A stretch of DNA of 64,000 nt, taken from assembly GCF_009914755.1 (NCBI RefSeq), contig NC_060927.1; one strand, given 5' to 3'. The notes under the pieces are model-generated. The model saw only the letters and a list, made by a program, of their open reading frames with translations, searched no databases and had not been told where the DNA came from. Position 1 is the first letter of the stretch, and every line of letters begins with the position of its first letter. Positions 37,601 through 49,800 of the stretch are shown here, piece after piece. The position numbers and the translations under genes were made by a program. Origin of the DNA: the human T2T-CHM13v2.0 reference genome, Homo sapiens.

Positions 37601-40600
37601 AAGGATTCTGTCCTTTTCAATTTTTTGGAATAGTTTCAGTAGAAATGGTACCAGCTCTTCTTTATGCCTCTGGTAGAATTAATCTATGAATCTGTCAGGT
37701 CCTGAGCTTTTTTTCATTTCATAGGCTATTTATTACTGCCTCAATTTCAGAGCTTATTATTGGTTTATTCAGGGATTCAATTTCTTCCTGGTTCAGTCTT
37801 AAGACCGTGCATGTGTCCAGGATTTTATCCACTTCTTCTAGATTTCCTAGTTTATGTGCATAGAGGTGTTTGTAATATTCTTTGATGGTTGTTTGTATTT
37901 CTGTGGGGTCAGTGGTGACATCCCCCTTATCATTTCTGATTATGTCTATTTGAATCTTCTCTTTTTTCTTTTTTATGAGTCTAGCTGGCAGTCTGTTTTA
38001 TTATTTTTTCCCAAAAATCCAGCTCCTGGTATTAGTTTATCTTCTCTATCATTTTTAGTGCTGTATCTCCAGTTTCTTTCTGATCTTGGTTATTTCTTGT
38101 CTTCTGCTAGCTTTGGGATTTGTTTGCTCTTGGTTTATTTGTTCTTTTACTTGTGATGTTAGGTTGCTGACTTGAGATCTTTCTAACTTTTTGCTGTTGG
38201 CATTCAGTGCTGTGAATTTTCCTCTTAACATTGCCTTATTGCCTTATCTGTGTTGCAGAGACTATGGTATGCTGTATGTTTGTTCTCGTTGGTTTAAAAG
38301 AACTTCTGGATTTCTGCCTTAATTTCATTATTTCCCAAAAGTCATTCAGGAGCAGTTTATTAGGTTTTCATGTAATTGTGTGGTTTTGAGTGAATTTCTT
38401 AGACTTGAGGTCTAATTTTATTGTGCTGTGGTCAAAGACAGTTTGTTATATTTTCAGATCTTTTGCATTTGCTGAGGAGTGTTTTACTTCCAATTATATG
38501 ATTGATTTTAAAGTAGGTGCCATGTGGCAATGAGAAGAATGTATATTCTTTTGTTTTTGGATGGAGAGTTTTATAGATATCTATCAGGTCCATTTGATCC
38601 AGAGCTGAGTTGAGGTGTTGAATATCTTTGATAATTTTCTGTCTTGATGATCTGTCTAATATTGTCAGTGAGGTATTATAGTTTCCCACTATTATTCTGT
38701 GGGAGTCTAAGGTTTTTTGAATGAGTCCTCTAAGAACTCGTTTTATGAAGCTTGGTGCTCCTGTTTTGGGTGCATATATATATTTAGGATAGTTAGCACT
38801 TCTTGTGGAATTGAACCCTTTACCATTATATAATGTCCCTCTTTGTCTTTTTTGATATTTGTTGGTTTAAAGTCTTTTGTCAGAAAGTAGAATTGTAACC
38901 CTTGCTTTTTTTCTGTTTTCCATTTACTAGGTAAATTTTCCTCCATCCCTTTATTTTGAGCCTATGTGTGTCATTGCATGTGAGATGGGCCTCTTGAAGA
39001 CAGCATACCAATGGATCTTGGTTCTTTATCCAGCTTATCACTCTATGTTTTTTAATTGAGCCATTTAGTCCATTTACATTTAAGCTTAGTATTGTTATAT
39101 GTGGATTTGATCTTGTCATCATGGTGTTAGCTGGTTATTTTGCAGACTTGTTTATGTGGTTGCTTCATAGTATCACTGGTCTTTGTATTTCACTGTTTTT
39201 GTAGTGGCTGGTAATGATTTTTCCTTTCCATATTAATGCTTTCTTCAGGCAGGTCTTTCTTCAGGCAGTGCTTTCTTTTAAGGCAGGTCTGATGGTAATG
39301 AATTCCCTCAGCATTTGCTTGTCTAAAACAAATCTTATTTCTCCTTTGTTTATGAGGCTTAGTTGGGCCAGATATGATATTTTGGGTTGGAATTTCTTTT
39401 AAGAATATTGAATATTGGCCCCCAATCTCTTCTGGCTTGTAGGGTTCCTGCTGGGAGGTCTGCTGTTATTCTGATGGGACTTCCTTTGTAGGTGTCCTGG
39501 CCTTTTTCTCTGGGTGCCCTTAGCATATTTTCTTTCATTTCAACCATGGAGAATCTAATGATTATGTGTCTTGGTGACGATCTTTTCATGGAGTATCTTA
39601 CTGGAGTTCTCTACATTTCCTGAATTTGAATGTTGGCTTGTCTAGCTAGGTTGGGTAAGTTCTCATGGATGATATCCTGAAATATATTTTCCAAATTGGT
39701 TCCATTCTCCTCATCTGTTTCAGGTGCACCAATCAGTCATAGATTCAGTCTTTTTACATAATCCCATATTTTTTGGAGGCTTTGTTCATTCTTTTTCATT
39801 CTTTTTCTCTGTTCTTGTGTGCCTGTCTCATTTCAGAAAGATTGTCTTCAAGCTCTGAGTTTCTTTCCTCCACTTGGTCTATTCTGCTATTAATGCAAGC
39901 AATTGCATTGTGACATTCTTGTAGTGTGTTTTTCAGCTCTATCAGGTTGGTTATGTCCTTTTCTATACTGGCTATTTTGTCTGTCAGCACCTGCAATGTT
40001 TTGTCATGGCTTTTAGCTTCCTTAGCATTTTACAATATATTCCTTTAGCTTCATGAAGGTCGTTTTTGTCCATAAATAATTCTTCTTCTGTTATTTTAGC
40101 CATCTCAGCCTCAACCCAGTTCTGAACCCTTGCTGGAGAAGTGGATGCTGTCATTTGAAACAAAGAGGACACTCTGGCTTTTTGAGTTTTCAGTGTTCTT
40201 GTACTGACACTTCCTCATTTTTGTGGCTTCATCTACCTTCAGTCTTTGAGGTTGTTGACCTTTGGGTGGGTCTTCTTTTTTTCCTCTTAACAGTCTGCCA
40301 CTTTTCTGTAGAGCTTCTGTGGTTTGATGGTGGTCCATACTCACGTTGGGTTTTCCAATACCTGGAGGTATCACCAATGAGGCTGCAAAAAACAAAGACG
40401 GCAGCCTGCCCCTTCCTTTAGCAGCTCCATCTCAGGGGGATACAAACCTATTGCTGGCCTGAATGCTCCTGTAGGAGGTGGCTAAAGACCCCAGTTGGGA
40501 GGTCTCAGCCAATCAGGAGAAATGAGATTGGGGACATGCTTAAAGAAGCCATCTAGCCATGCTTTCATAGAGCTACTGTGCTGTGCTGGGGTACCTCTTC

Positions 40601-41855
40601 TGCCCCTGGTCAGGTTGGACTCTTTAAAGGCTGGGGGCTGGAACAATAGCAAAAAAGCCAGCACATTCCTCCCTCTAGGAGCTCTGTCTCAGGAACTTTT
40701 CAAATCTTTGTTGGCCAGAGAACATTGGCAGGAATGCCTGGAGGTGCTGCTTGGGAAGTCCTGCCAAGTGAGGAGAAACAGATCAGGGTCCTGCTCAAGG
40801 AGTAATCTGGCCATGCTTTTGTAGAGCAGCTGTGCTGTGCTGGGGTACCACTTCTGCCCCAGTTGACTTGGGCTCTCCAAAGGCCGCAGGCTGGAACATC
40901 TAAGTTTCCCAAACAGCAAAGATGGTGGCTTGCCCCTCCCTCTGGAAACTCTGTATAGGGAGAAATTAAATCTCTGCTGGGCCAGACAAAACGGGCAGGA
41001 GTGGCTGGAGGCTCCAGTTGGGAGGTCCCGCCAGTGAGTAGGACTGAATTGGGGACCTGATTAATGAAGCAGTCTGGCCACGTTTTGATAGGGCAGCTGT
41101 GCTGTGCTGGGGGATCCCTTCCATGCCTGGTTAGTTTGGATTCTCCAAAGCCCATAGACTGGAACTGCTCAGTCACCCAAACAGGAACAATTGCAACCCG
41201 CCCTACTCCCCAGGCTCTCCATCCAGTTCCAGGGTAGGCTCAACACTGTTGATGGGGGCTGGTTGGACTTCCAATTCAGTGGGTCTTCTCCTATGAGGTG
41301 CCATGGAAGTGGGGCCCACCGACTTGCTGATCAGTCCTCTGGATTCAACCCCCTTCCCAGGGGTAGGTACAGAAATCCAACCTCCCACCTTGCCTGAGTT
41401 ACAGTCACCTTTGCTGGGAAGCACAGAACCAGAGTATGTAAAGCTCCTGGGTCTTCATGTGTTCCTAAACAGCTGCTCTGCTGAGACTCCACACAGTTCT
41501 GGGTCAGACCATAGGCCCTGGTGCATTGGGTTCACTAGGGAATCTCCTGATCCAAAGGTTGCAAAGATCTGTGGGAGAAGTGTGGTTTCCCAGGGTTGCA
41601 AATTTATTCACTGCCTCCCTGGGTTGGGGGGGTAGGTCACCTTGGCTCCATGCTACTCCCAGGGGAGCCATTGCCTGCCCTGCTTTTCTTCCTTCTCTGT
41701 GGGTTGAGCTGTTTCCCTAATGAATCCCAATGTGAGTACCTGGATGTTTCAGTGGAAGGTGCTGTATTTACTTGCCCTTTTCATTCCTCTCCGTGAGAGC
41801 TATGCACTGTAGCTGCTTCTCATTGGCCATCTTGGCTCCCTCCCCAGACATTCTT
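34690..41855 (-). mobile_element. Full-length L1PA13-like element
   Basis: TSD ctgcttcaattt at 34678-34689 and 41856-41867; YY1 site 41825-41833; degraded ORF1/ORF2 pieces in the track; 3' UTR acccaggtattaagcctagta. Confidence 0.88.
36765..37146 (+). mobile_element. MSTA solo LTR inside L1 ORF2
   Basis: tgatatggtttggctctgtgtccccacccaaatctc ... gtgtgagaacaaactaataca; L1 is collinear on both sides (cttgtcttctgcca | ttccggtttttcaagg). Confidence 0.93.
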
Positions 41856-44817
41856 CTGCTTCAATTTCTTTACTCATTATTAGTCTCTTCTGCTTTAATC
41901 TCTTTATTCATTATTGGTCTGTTCAGATTTTCTATTTCATTATGATTCAGTCTTGACAGGTTACATTTTTAAAGAAATGTATTCTTTTCTACTAGGTTAT
42001 CTATCTTGGTGTATAATTGTTCATAGTAGTCTGTTATAATCCTTCACAATTCTGTGACATCAGTCATTATGTCTCCTCTTTCATATCTGATTTCATTTAT
42101 TTAAGTTTTCTCTCTTTTTCTTCATCAGTCTAGCAAAAGTTTTGTCACTTTATTTTTTCAAAAAACAATGCATAGTTTTATTTATTGATGCACATTTATG
42201 GAGTATATGTGATATGTTGTTACATGCATAGATTGTCTAATAATTAAGTTAGAGATTTAGGGTATCCATCACCTCAAATATTTTTTATTTTTATGTGTTA
42301 GGCATATTTTAAGTCCTCTTTTCTGGCTACTTTGTAATATACAGTGCATTGTTAACTGTAGTCACCTTAATATGCTTTTGAATATTATAACTTATTTCTT
42401 CTATCTAATTGTAGATTTGTACCCTTAACCAATCTCTTTTTATTCCCCTTTCTAACCCAAAAACCATTCCCAGTCTCTAGTATCTACCTTTCTACTCTCT
42501 ACCTCCATGAGATCAACATTTTATCTTTCACATGAGTGCAAATGTGAATGTGATATTTTTCTCCCTGTGTCTGCCTTATTTCCCTTAATATAATACCCTC
42601 CAGTTCCATCCATGTTGCTGCAAATGACAGGATTATATTCTTTTTTGTAGCTGAGTAGCATTTCATTGTGTATATATACTACATTTAAAAAATTTATTCA
42701 TCCGTTGAGGGACACAGGTTGATTCCTTATTTTGGGTATTGTGAACAGTGTTGCAATAAATATGGAAGCGCAGGTATCTCTTTGATGTACTGGTTTTTTC
42801 TCTTTAGGATAAATACTCAATACTGGAATTGCTGGATTGTATAGTAGTTCTATTTTTAGTTTTTTTGAGAAATTTCAATTTACATTCCCACTAACAGTGT
42901 GTAACAGATCCTTTTCCTCCATTTGATAACTAAAATTTTCTTTTCAGAAATCCAAGTAAATCCAGAAACATTTTAATGTTGACATGACTAAAATCTAATT
43001 GGAAAAATTTGAAATTCCATTTTATCAACATGTAGAGCTGAAATTTTACTACTTGGAAAATGTGATGTGAAAATGGGATCCTAAAGGGTTTGCTTGTGTT
43101 TTCATTGCTTTTCTTTTAGAGAAAATTAAAAGAATTCACCATGACTGAAGAAAAATAATTATAAAATACTATTACTAATGAAAACCTTGAGTTCACTAAT
43201 ATTGTAATCTTCTGTAGGGAAAGTTATTGAAGGTATTGAGGATAATTTTTTTAAAAAAATGTCTAATCTCTGATTCAAATGACACACATAAACTGAAAAT
43301 ATAAGCTTTCAGGGCACATTTTGACAGAAATGAATAATACAATTTGCTGCCAGAACCAGTGTATTGAAAAAAGAAAATAAGACTACCTGCCTTCTGGAGC
43401 CATTAAAGCAAAATTTATTGTTCTGTTTAAACAAGTTTGTGTTTTATTTTGCATCACCACACATCTGCATATATAAAATACTACATCCTTTTGCCCACTT
43501 TTTAATGGGATTGTTTTCTTATTGCTGAGTTTTTTGAGTTTTTAAAAATGTTCTCTGAATACTAATCCCTTGTCAGCTTCTTAGTTTGTGAATATTTTCC
43601 TTGTTCAACAGGTTGTCTCTTCACTTTGTTGATTGTTTCTTTTACTTTGCAGTAGCTTTTTAGTTTAATATAGCCCCATTTATCCATTTTTGCTTTTGTT
43701 GTCTGTGCTTTTCAGATAATTAGTCATAAAATCTTTGCCTAGACCAAAGTCTTGAAGTGTTTCCCTTAGATGTTCTTCCAGTAGGTTTATAGTTTTGAAT
43801 CTTACATTTAAGTCTTTAATCTATTTTGAATTGATTTTTGTATATAGTGAGAGATGAGAGTATAGTTTTATTCTCCGACATATGCAGATTGAGTTTTCCC
43901 AGCACCACTTATTGGAAATGGTGTATGTTCTTGGTGCCTTTGCCAAAAATCAGTAGGCTGTAAAGACATGGATTTATTTCTGGACTCTATTCTGTTCCAC
44001 TGGGTTATGTGTCTGTTTTTATAACAAGATCATACAGTTTTTGTTACTATAGCTTTGTAATATATTTCGAAGTCAGGTAGTGTGATGCCTCCAACTTTAT
44101 TTTTCCTGTTGAAAATTGCATTGGCTATTTGGGCTCTTTTTGTTGTTCCACATGAATTTTAGATTTTTTTTTCTGTTTATGTGAAAAATGATGATGGTAT
44201 TTTGATAAGAATTGCATTGAATCTATAGATTGCTTTGGGTATTATGGTAATTTTAACAACATTAATCCTTCTAATTCATAAGCATGGGATGTCTTTCCAT
44301 TTGCTTGTATCCTCTTCAGGTTTTTAAATCAGCATTTTATAGTTTTCCTTGTAGAGACGTTTAACCTCCTTTGTTAAATTTAGTCTTAGGTGTTTCATTT
44401 TTTAGTAGCCATTGTAAATGAGATTGCCCTCTTTATTTTTAGCTAGTTTGTTATTAATATATGGAAACATTATTGATTTTTATATGTTGATTTTGTATCC
44501 TGCAAATTTACTGAATTGTTTATTAGTTCTAAGAGTTTTTTTGGTAGAGTCTTTTGGTTTTTCTAAATATAATATGATATCATGTGTAAAGAGGAACAAT
44601 TTGACTTCTTCATTTCCAATTTGGATGCCTTTTATTTCTTTATTTTGCCCAATTGCTCTGGCTAAAATTTCTGGTACTATGGTGTGTAGTAGTGAAAGTG
44701 GGTATCTTGTCTTGTTCCAGGTCTTAAAGGAATGTTTCTCTGCTTTTCACCATTCAGTATGATGTTGTCCATGAGTTTGTCACATATAGCCCTTAGCATG
44801 TTGAGATATGTTCCTTT

Positions 44818-45723
44818 ATTTTATTTTACTTTAAGTTCTGGAATGCATGTACTGAATTTGTTACATAGGTATACATGTGCCATGGTGGCTTGCTGCACCC
44901 ATCAACCCATCATCTAGCTTTTAAGCCCCACATGCATTAGGTATTTGTCCTAATGCTCTCCCTCCCCTTGTCCCCCACACCCTGACAAACCCTGGTTTGT
45001 GATGTTCCTCTCCCTGTGTTCCATGTGTTCTCATTGTTCAACTCCCACTTATGAGTGAGAACATGTGGTGTTTGGTTTTCTGTTCCTGTGTTAGTTTGCT
45101 GAGAATGATGGTTTCCAGCTTCATCCATGTCCCTGCAAAAGACATGAACTCACTCTTTTTTTATGGCTCTATAGTATTCTATGGTGTATATGTGCCACAT
45201 TCTCTTCATCCAGTCTATCACTGATGGACATTTGGGTTAGTTCCAAGTCTTTGCTATTGTAAATAGTGTTGCAATAAACATACGTGTGCATGTGTCTTTA
45301 TAGTAGAAAGATTTATAATCATTTGGGTATATACCCAGTTACCCAGTAATGGTATTACTGGGTCAAATGATATTTCTAGTTCTAGATCCTTGAGGAATTG
45401 CCACACTGTCTTCCACAATGGTTAAACTAATTCACACTCCCACCAACAGTGTAAAAACATTCCTATTTCTCTGTATCCTCACCAGCATCTGTTGTTTCCA
45501 GACTTTTAAACAATCATCATTCTAACTGGCGTGAGATGGTATCTCACTGTGGTTTTTTTTGATTTGCATTTCTCTGATGATCAGTGATGATGAGTTTTTT
45601 TCATGTTTGATGGCTACATCAATGTCTTCTTTTGAGAAGCACCTGTTCATATCCTTTGCCCACTTTTTGATGGGGTTGTTTGTTTTTTTCTTTTAAATTT
45701 GTTCAAGTTCCTTGTAGATTCTG
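44818..45723 (-). mobile_element. 5'-truncated L1PA8-like element
   Basis: 3' UTR catctagcttttaagccccacatgcattagg; TSD gatatgttc(c/a)ttt at 44805-44817 and 45724-45736. Confidence 0.88.
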
Positions 45724-45850
45724 GATATGTTCATTTTATATTTAGTTTGTTGAAAGTCTTTATTATGAAGTTATGTTCAATTTTATCAAAAGCTTATCCT
45801 GCATATTTTGAGATTATTGTAGGATTTTGTCCTTCATTCTGTTGATGTGA

Positions 45851-46169
<319 letters not shown>

Positions 46170-46449
46170 TGATTTATGTATGTTAAACCATTCTTGTATC
46201 CTTGGTATAAATTATGCTTTATTATGGTATATTATATTTTGATGTGCTGTTGGATTTGGCTTGCTAGTATTTTATTGAAAATACATATGTCCATGTTCAT
46301 CAGACTTATTGGCCTGTAGTTTTATTTTTATTGTATGTGTCCTTGTCTGGTTTTGGCATAGGGTAATGCTGGCCTTATAGAATGATTTTGGGAGAATTGC
46401 ATCTTCTTCAGTTTTTAAGAATAGTTTGAGGAGAATTTGTATTAGCTCA

Positions 46450-46883
46450 TTTATTTTTAAAATTTTTTGTTGGTACATAGTAGGTGTATATGTTTATGGC
46501 ACACATGAAATTTTCATACAGGCGTGTGATGTGAAATAAGCACATCATGGAGAATAGGGTATCAATCCCCCTGAAGCATTTATCCTTTGAGATACACACA
46601 ATCCAATTATATTCTTTAAGTTACTTTAAAATATACAATTATTGTTAACTATATCACCTTATTGTGCTATCAAATAGTAGGTCTTATTCATTCTTTCTAA
46701 TTTTTTTTGTGCCCATTAACCATCCCCACTTTCCCCCCTTCTGCCTCCCCTACTATTATTCCTAGCCTCTGGTAACCATTCTACTGTCTATGTCTGTGAG
46801 TTCAATTATTTTGATTTTTAGATGCCACAAGTAACTGAGAACATGTGATCTTTCTGTGCCTGGCTTATTTCACTTAATATAAT
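46450..46883 (-). mobile_element. L1MA2-like 3' fragment
   Basis: ggtacatagtaggtgtatatgtttatgg...gtgaaataagcacatcatggagaatagggtatc; host ORF2 resumes at gtttggtacaattcagcagtgaagcc. Confidence 0.75.
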
Positions 46884-49800
46884 AGTTTGGTACAATTCAG
46901 CAGTGAAGCCATCCAGTTCTGAGCTTTTTATTTTTTATGTAATTCAATACATTCTTAATTTTCAGGATTTCTGTTTGGTTATTTTTATGATATCCATCTC
47001 TTTTGTAAATTTCTCATTCATATTCTGATTGTTTTTCTGATTTCTTTCTATTATATATCTGTGTTCTCTTGTACCTCACTGAATTTACTTAATATTTTTA
47101 TTTTGAATTCTTTTTACGGCACTTTGTAAACTTATTTTTCACTGGAGTCTGTTGCTGAAGAATTTTTGCGTTCCTTGGAACTGTCAAATTTTTGTTGTTT
47201 TTTCATGTTTCTTGTGTCCTCTTCTTGATATCTGTGCATCTGGTGTAATTAATGCTTCTTCCATTTTTGAGGGGATTTGCTTTCTTAAGCAGAGTACTTT
47301 TTATTGAAGAATTATCTAAGGTGTGGGTCAGATACGGTACATTGGCTGTGATTGTGGGTGCATGCAGTAGTGTTGTTTTTGTACTATTTCTTTGGCTATA
47401 AACACTGTCACTAGTGTCTGTAATTTTTTTAAATTTTTTAATTTTTATTATTATTTTGTTTTTTGGGTGGAGTAGGTTGTGGTGGTTGTGGAGGCTGTGG
47501 TGAATTTTGCTGGAAATGGAAATGCCAGGTGAGTCAATCCTCAGGTCCCAGTGGGGGCAGCAGTGGGCCAAGTGTGACTGTTGGGCCCCAGGGTGGTGTA
47601 GTAGGTTCAGATGAGCTGATTTTTTGTCCTCCAAGAAGTTTGCTTGGGTGCCAGAAGTGGCAACAATGGACTGAGCATTTGGGTGGGTCCTTGGGCCTCT
47701 GAGTAGCAGGCATGGTGTGGGCAATGGTAGTAGCTGTGGCATTATAACCCTCTGGCTCCCAAGTTGTCCACACTGATGTTAGCAGAATCTGTGATGTGCT
47801 GAGCAGGCTATTCCTCATGCCCACAAGTGGTGCATGGGGGTGGATGCCAACTGTAATGGTATCTGCTGGCTGGGTGGGCCCATACGCAGGAGCCAGGAGG
47901 AGTGTTCAGGTGCCAATAGGGGTGGATGAGGCAAGGCAATCCCCAGGCCCCCAGACAGCATGCTCAGATACTGATCATGGGGGGCTAAGCCAGGTCAAGT
48001 GGATCTGTCACCAGGCCCCTCAGTGGTACATATAGGTGCTAATTGTGGTGTGTAAGGGTGGGGTGATCCCCAGGCACCCGGCAGAGTGCTTGGGTGAGGG
48101 AGGCTGCAGCTGGACTGCTCACCTTCTGCTGGGGATGGTGGATTTGCTTTCATTGGCCACAGTGGTTGGCAGGTAGTGGCAAGCATGTGCTTCAGCCCCC
48201 ACTTCCCAACTCTTAGTTTTATTGACCATTTTATTGCTTTTCTAGTCTTTATTTTATTTATTTCTGCTGTGATGTTTATTATTTTCTTTCTTATGCTGAT
48301 TTTTGTCTTAGTTCACTCTTTTTTACTGGGTTTTCGAGATGTTAGTTTAGGTCATTTACTCTTTATTTTTTTGATGTAGGTGTTTATTGCTATAAGCTTC
48401 ACTCATAGCTATTTTCTGCTACATCCCATAAATCTTGGTATTTTTTTTTCTACTTTACCTTTGTCTCAAGGTTATTTTTCATTTTCCTCTAATTTCTTTT
48501 TTTGACCCAGTGTTTTTATAGAAGCATGCTTAATTTCCATACATTTGTGAATTTTTTATTTTTTTTTTCTGTTATGTATTTCTAGTTTCATACCATTGTG
48601 GCCAGAAAAGAAATTTGATATTTGGTATAATTTCAATCTTAAACTTGTTAAGACTTCATCTGTGACCTAATATACGATCTATTCCATAGAATGTTCCATG
48701 TGCACTTGAAAGGAATGTGCATTCTTCAGCTATGTAATAGAATGCTTTGTATATGTCTGTTAGGTTCATTTGTTTAAAAGTACAGTTTAAGTCAAATATA
48801 GCCTTATCGATTTTTTTTGGATTATCTATTGTAGAATGTGGGATAATGAGGTCCACTACTATTATTATATTGCTGTCTACTTTCCCTCCAGTTGTTAATA
48901 TTTATTTTATATATTTAGGAACTTGACATTGAGTTAATATATATTTACAATTGTTATATTCTCTTGATCAGTTGATCCCTTTATCATTATATAATGATCT
49001 TTATCTCTTGCAACATTTTTTTACTCAGATTCTATTTTACTTGATATAAATGTAGTCACCACTACTCTCTTATGGTTTTTATTTGCATAGAATATTTTTT
49101 CCATTCCTGCCCTTTCACCCTTTGTGTGTCTTTGAAACCAAGATTAGTGTCCCCTAGGTAGCACATAGTTTGATTTTTGTTTTATTATTCATTCAGCCAC
49201 TTTATGTCTTATTAATTTAATCCACTTACATTTAAAGTACTTTTTCATAGGGAAGGCATTAGCAATGCCATTTTATTGTGTTCTCACAATTTTTAAAGTT
49301 TCTTCACTCCTTTCTTACTGTCTTGCTGTCTTTCTTTATGAGTCACTGGACCTTTTTTAGTAGTATTCTCTGAATTTTTGCTTTATTTTTGTGTATCTAC
49401 TATATGTTTTTGTCTTGTGATTACCATAATGCTTATATAAAACTGCTTATAGAGATAACAGTCTAATTTTAAGCACACAAATTAATTCATTTTTTTGCAT
49501 ACAAAACTATATTTATACTCTCTCCATCATATTATGTGCTATTTATGTCACACTTTACATCTTTTTTATCAAGTGTCAAATTACTGTAGTTTAGCTGTTT
49601 TTAATACTTTTGTTTTCTAACTTTTATGTGTGTTAAAAGTGATTACACTCTGCTATTAGAAAATTAGAATATTCTGAATTTGATCTTATCTTTATTTTTA
49701 GGCTTTATACTTTCATGTTTCACACTGTTACTTAGTATACTTTAATTTAAACTTAAAAAGCTCCCTTTAGCATTTCCTGTAAGGTAGGTCCAGTGGTGAT

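Noticed and set aside
47203-48186. GC-rich block with a 179-aa ORF, possible host promoter or exon
   Set aside because: It sits at the 5' UTR position of the L1MA, is CpG-depleted and has no recognisable protein.
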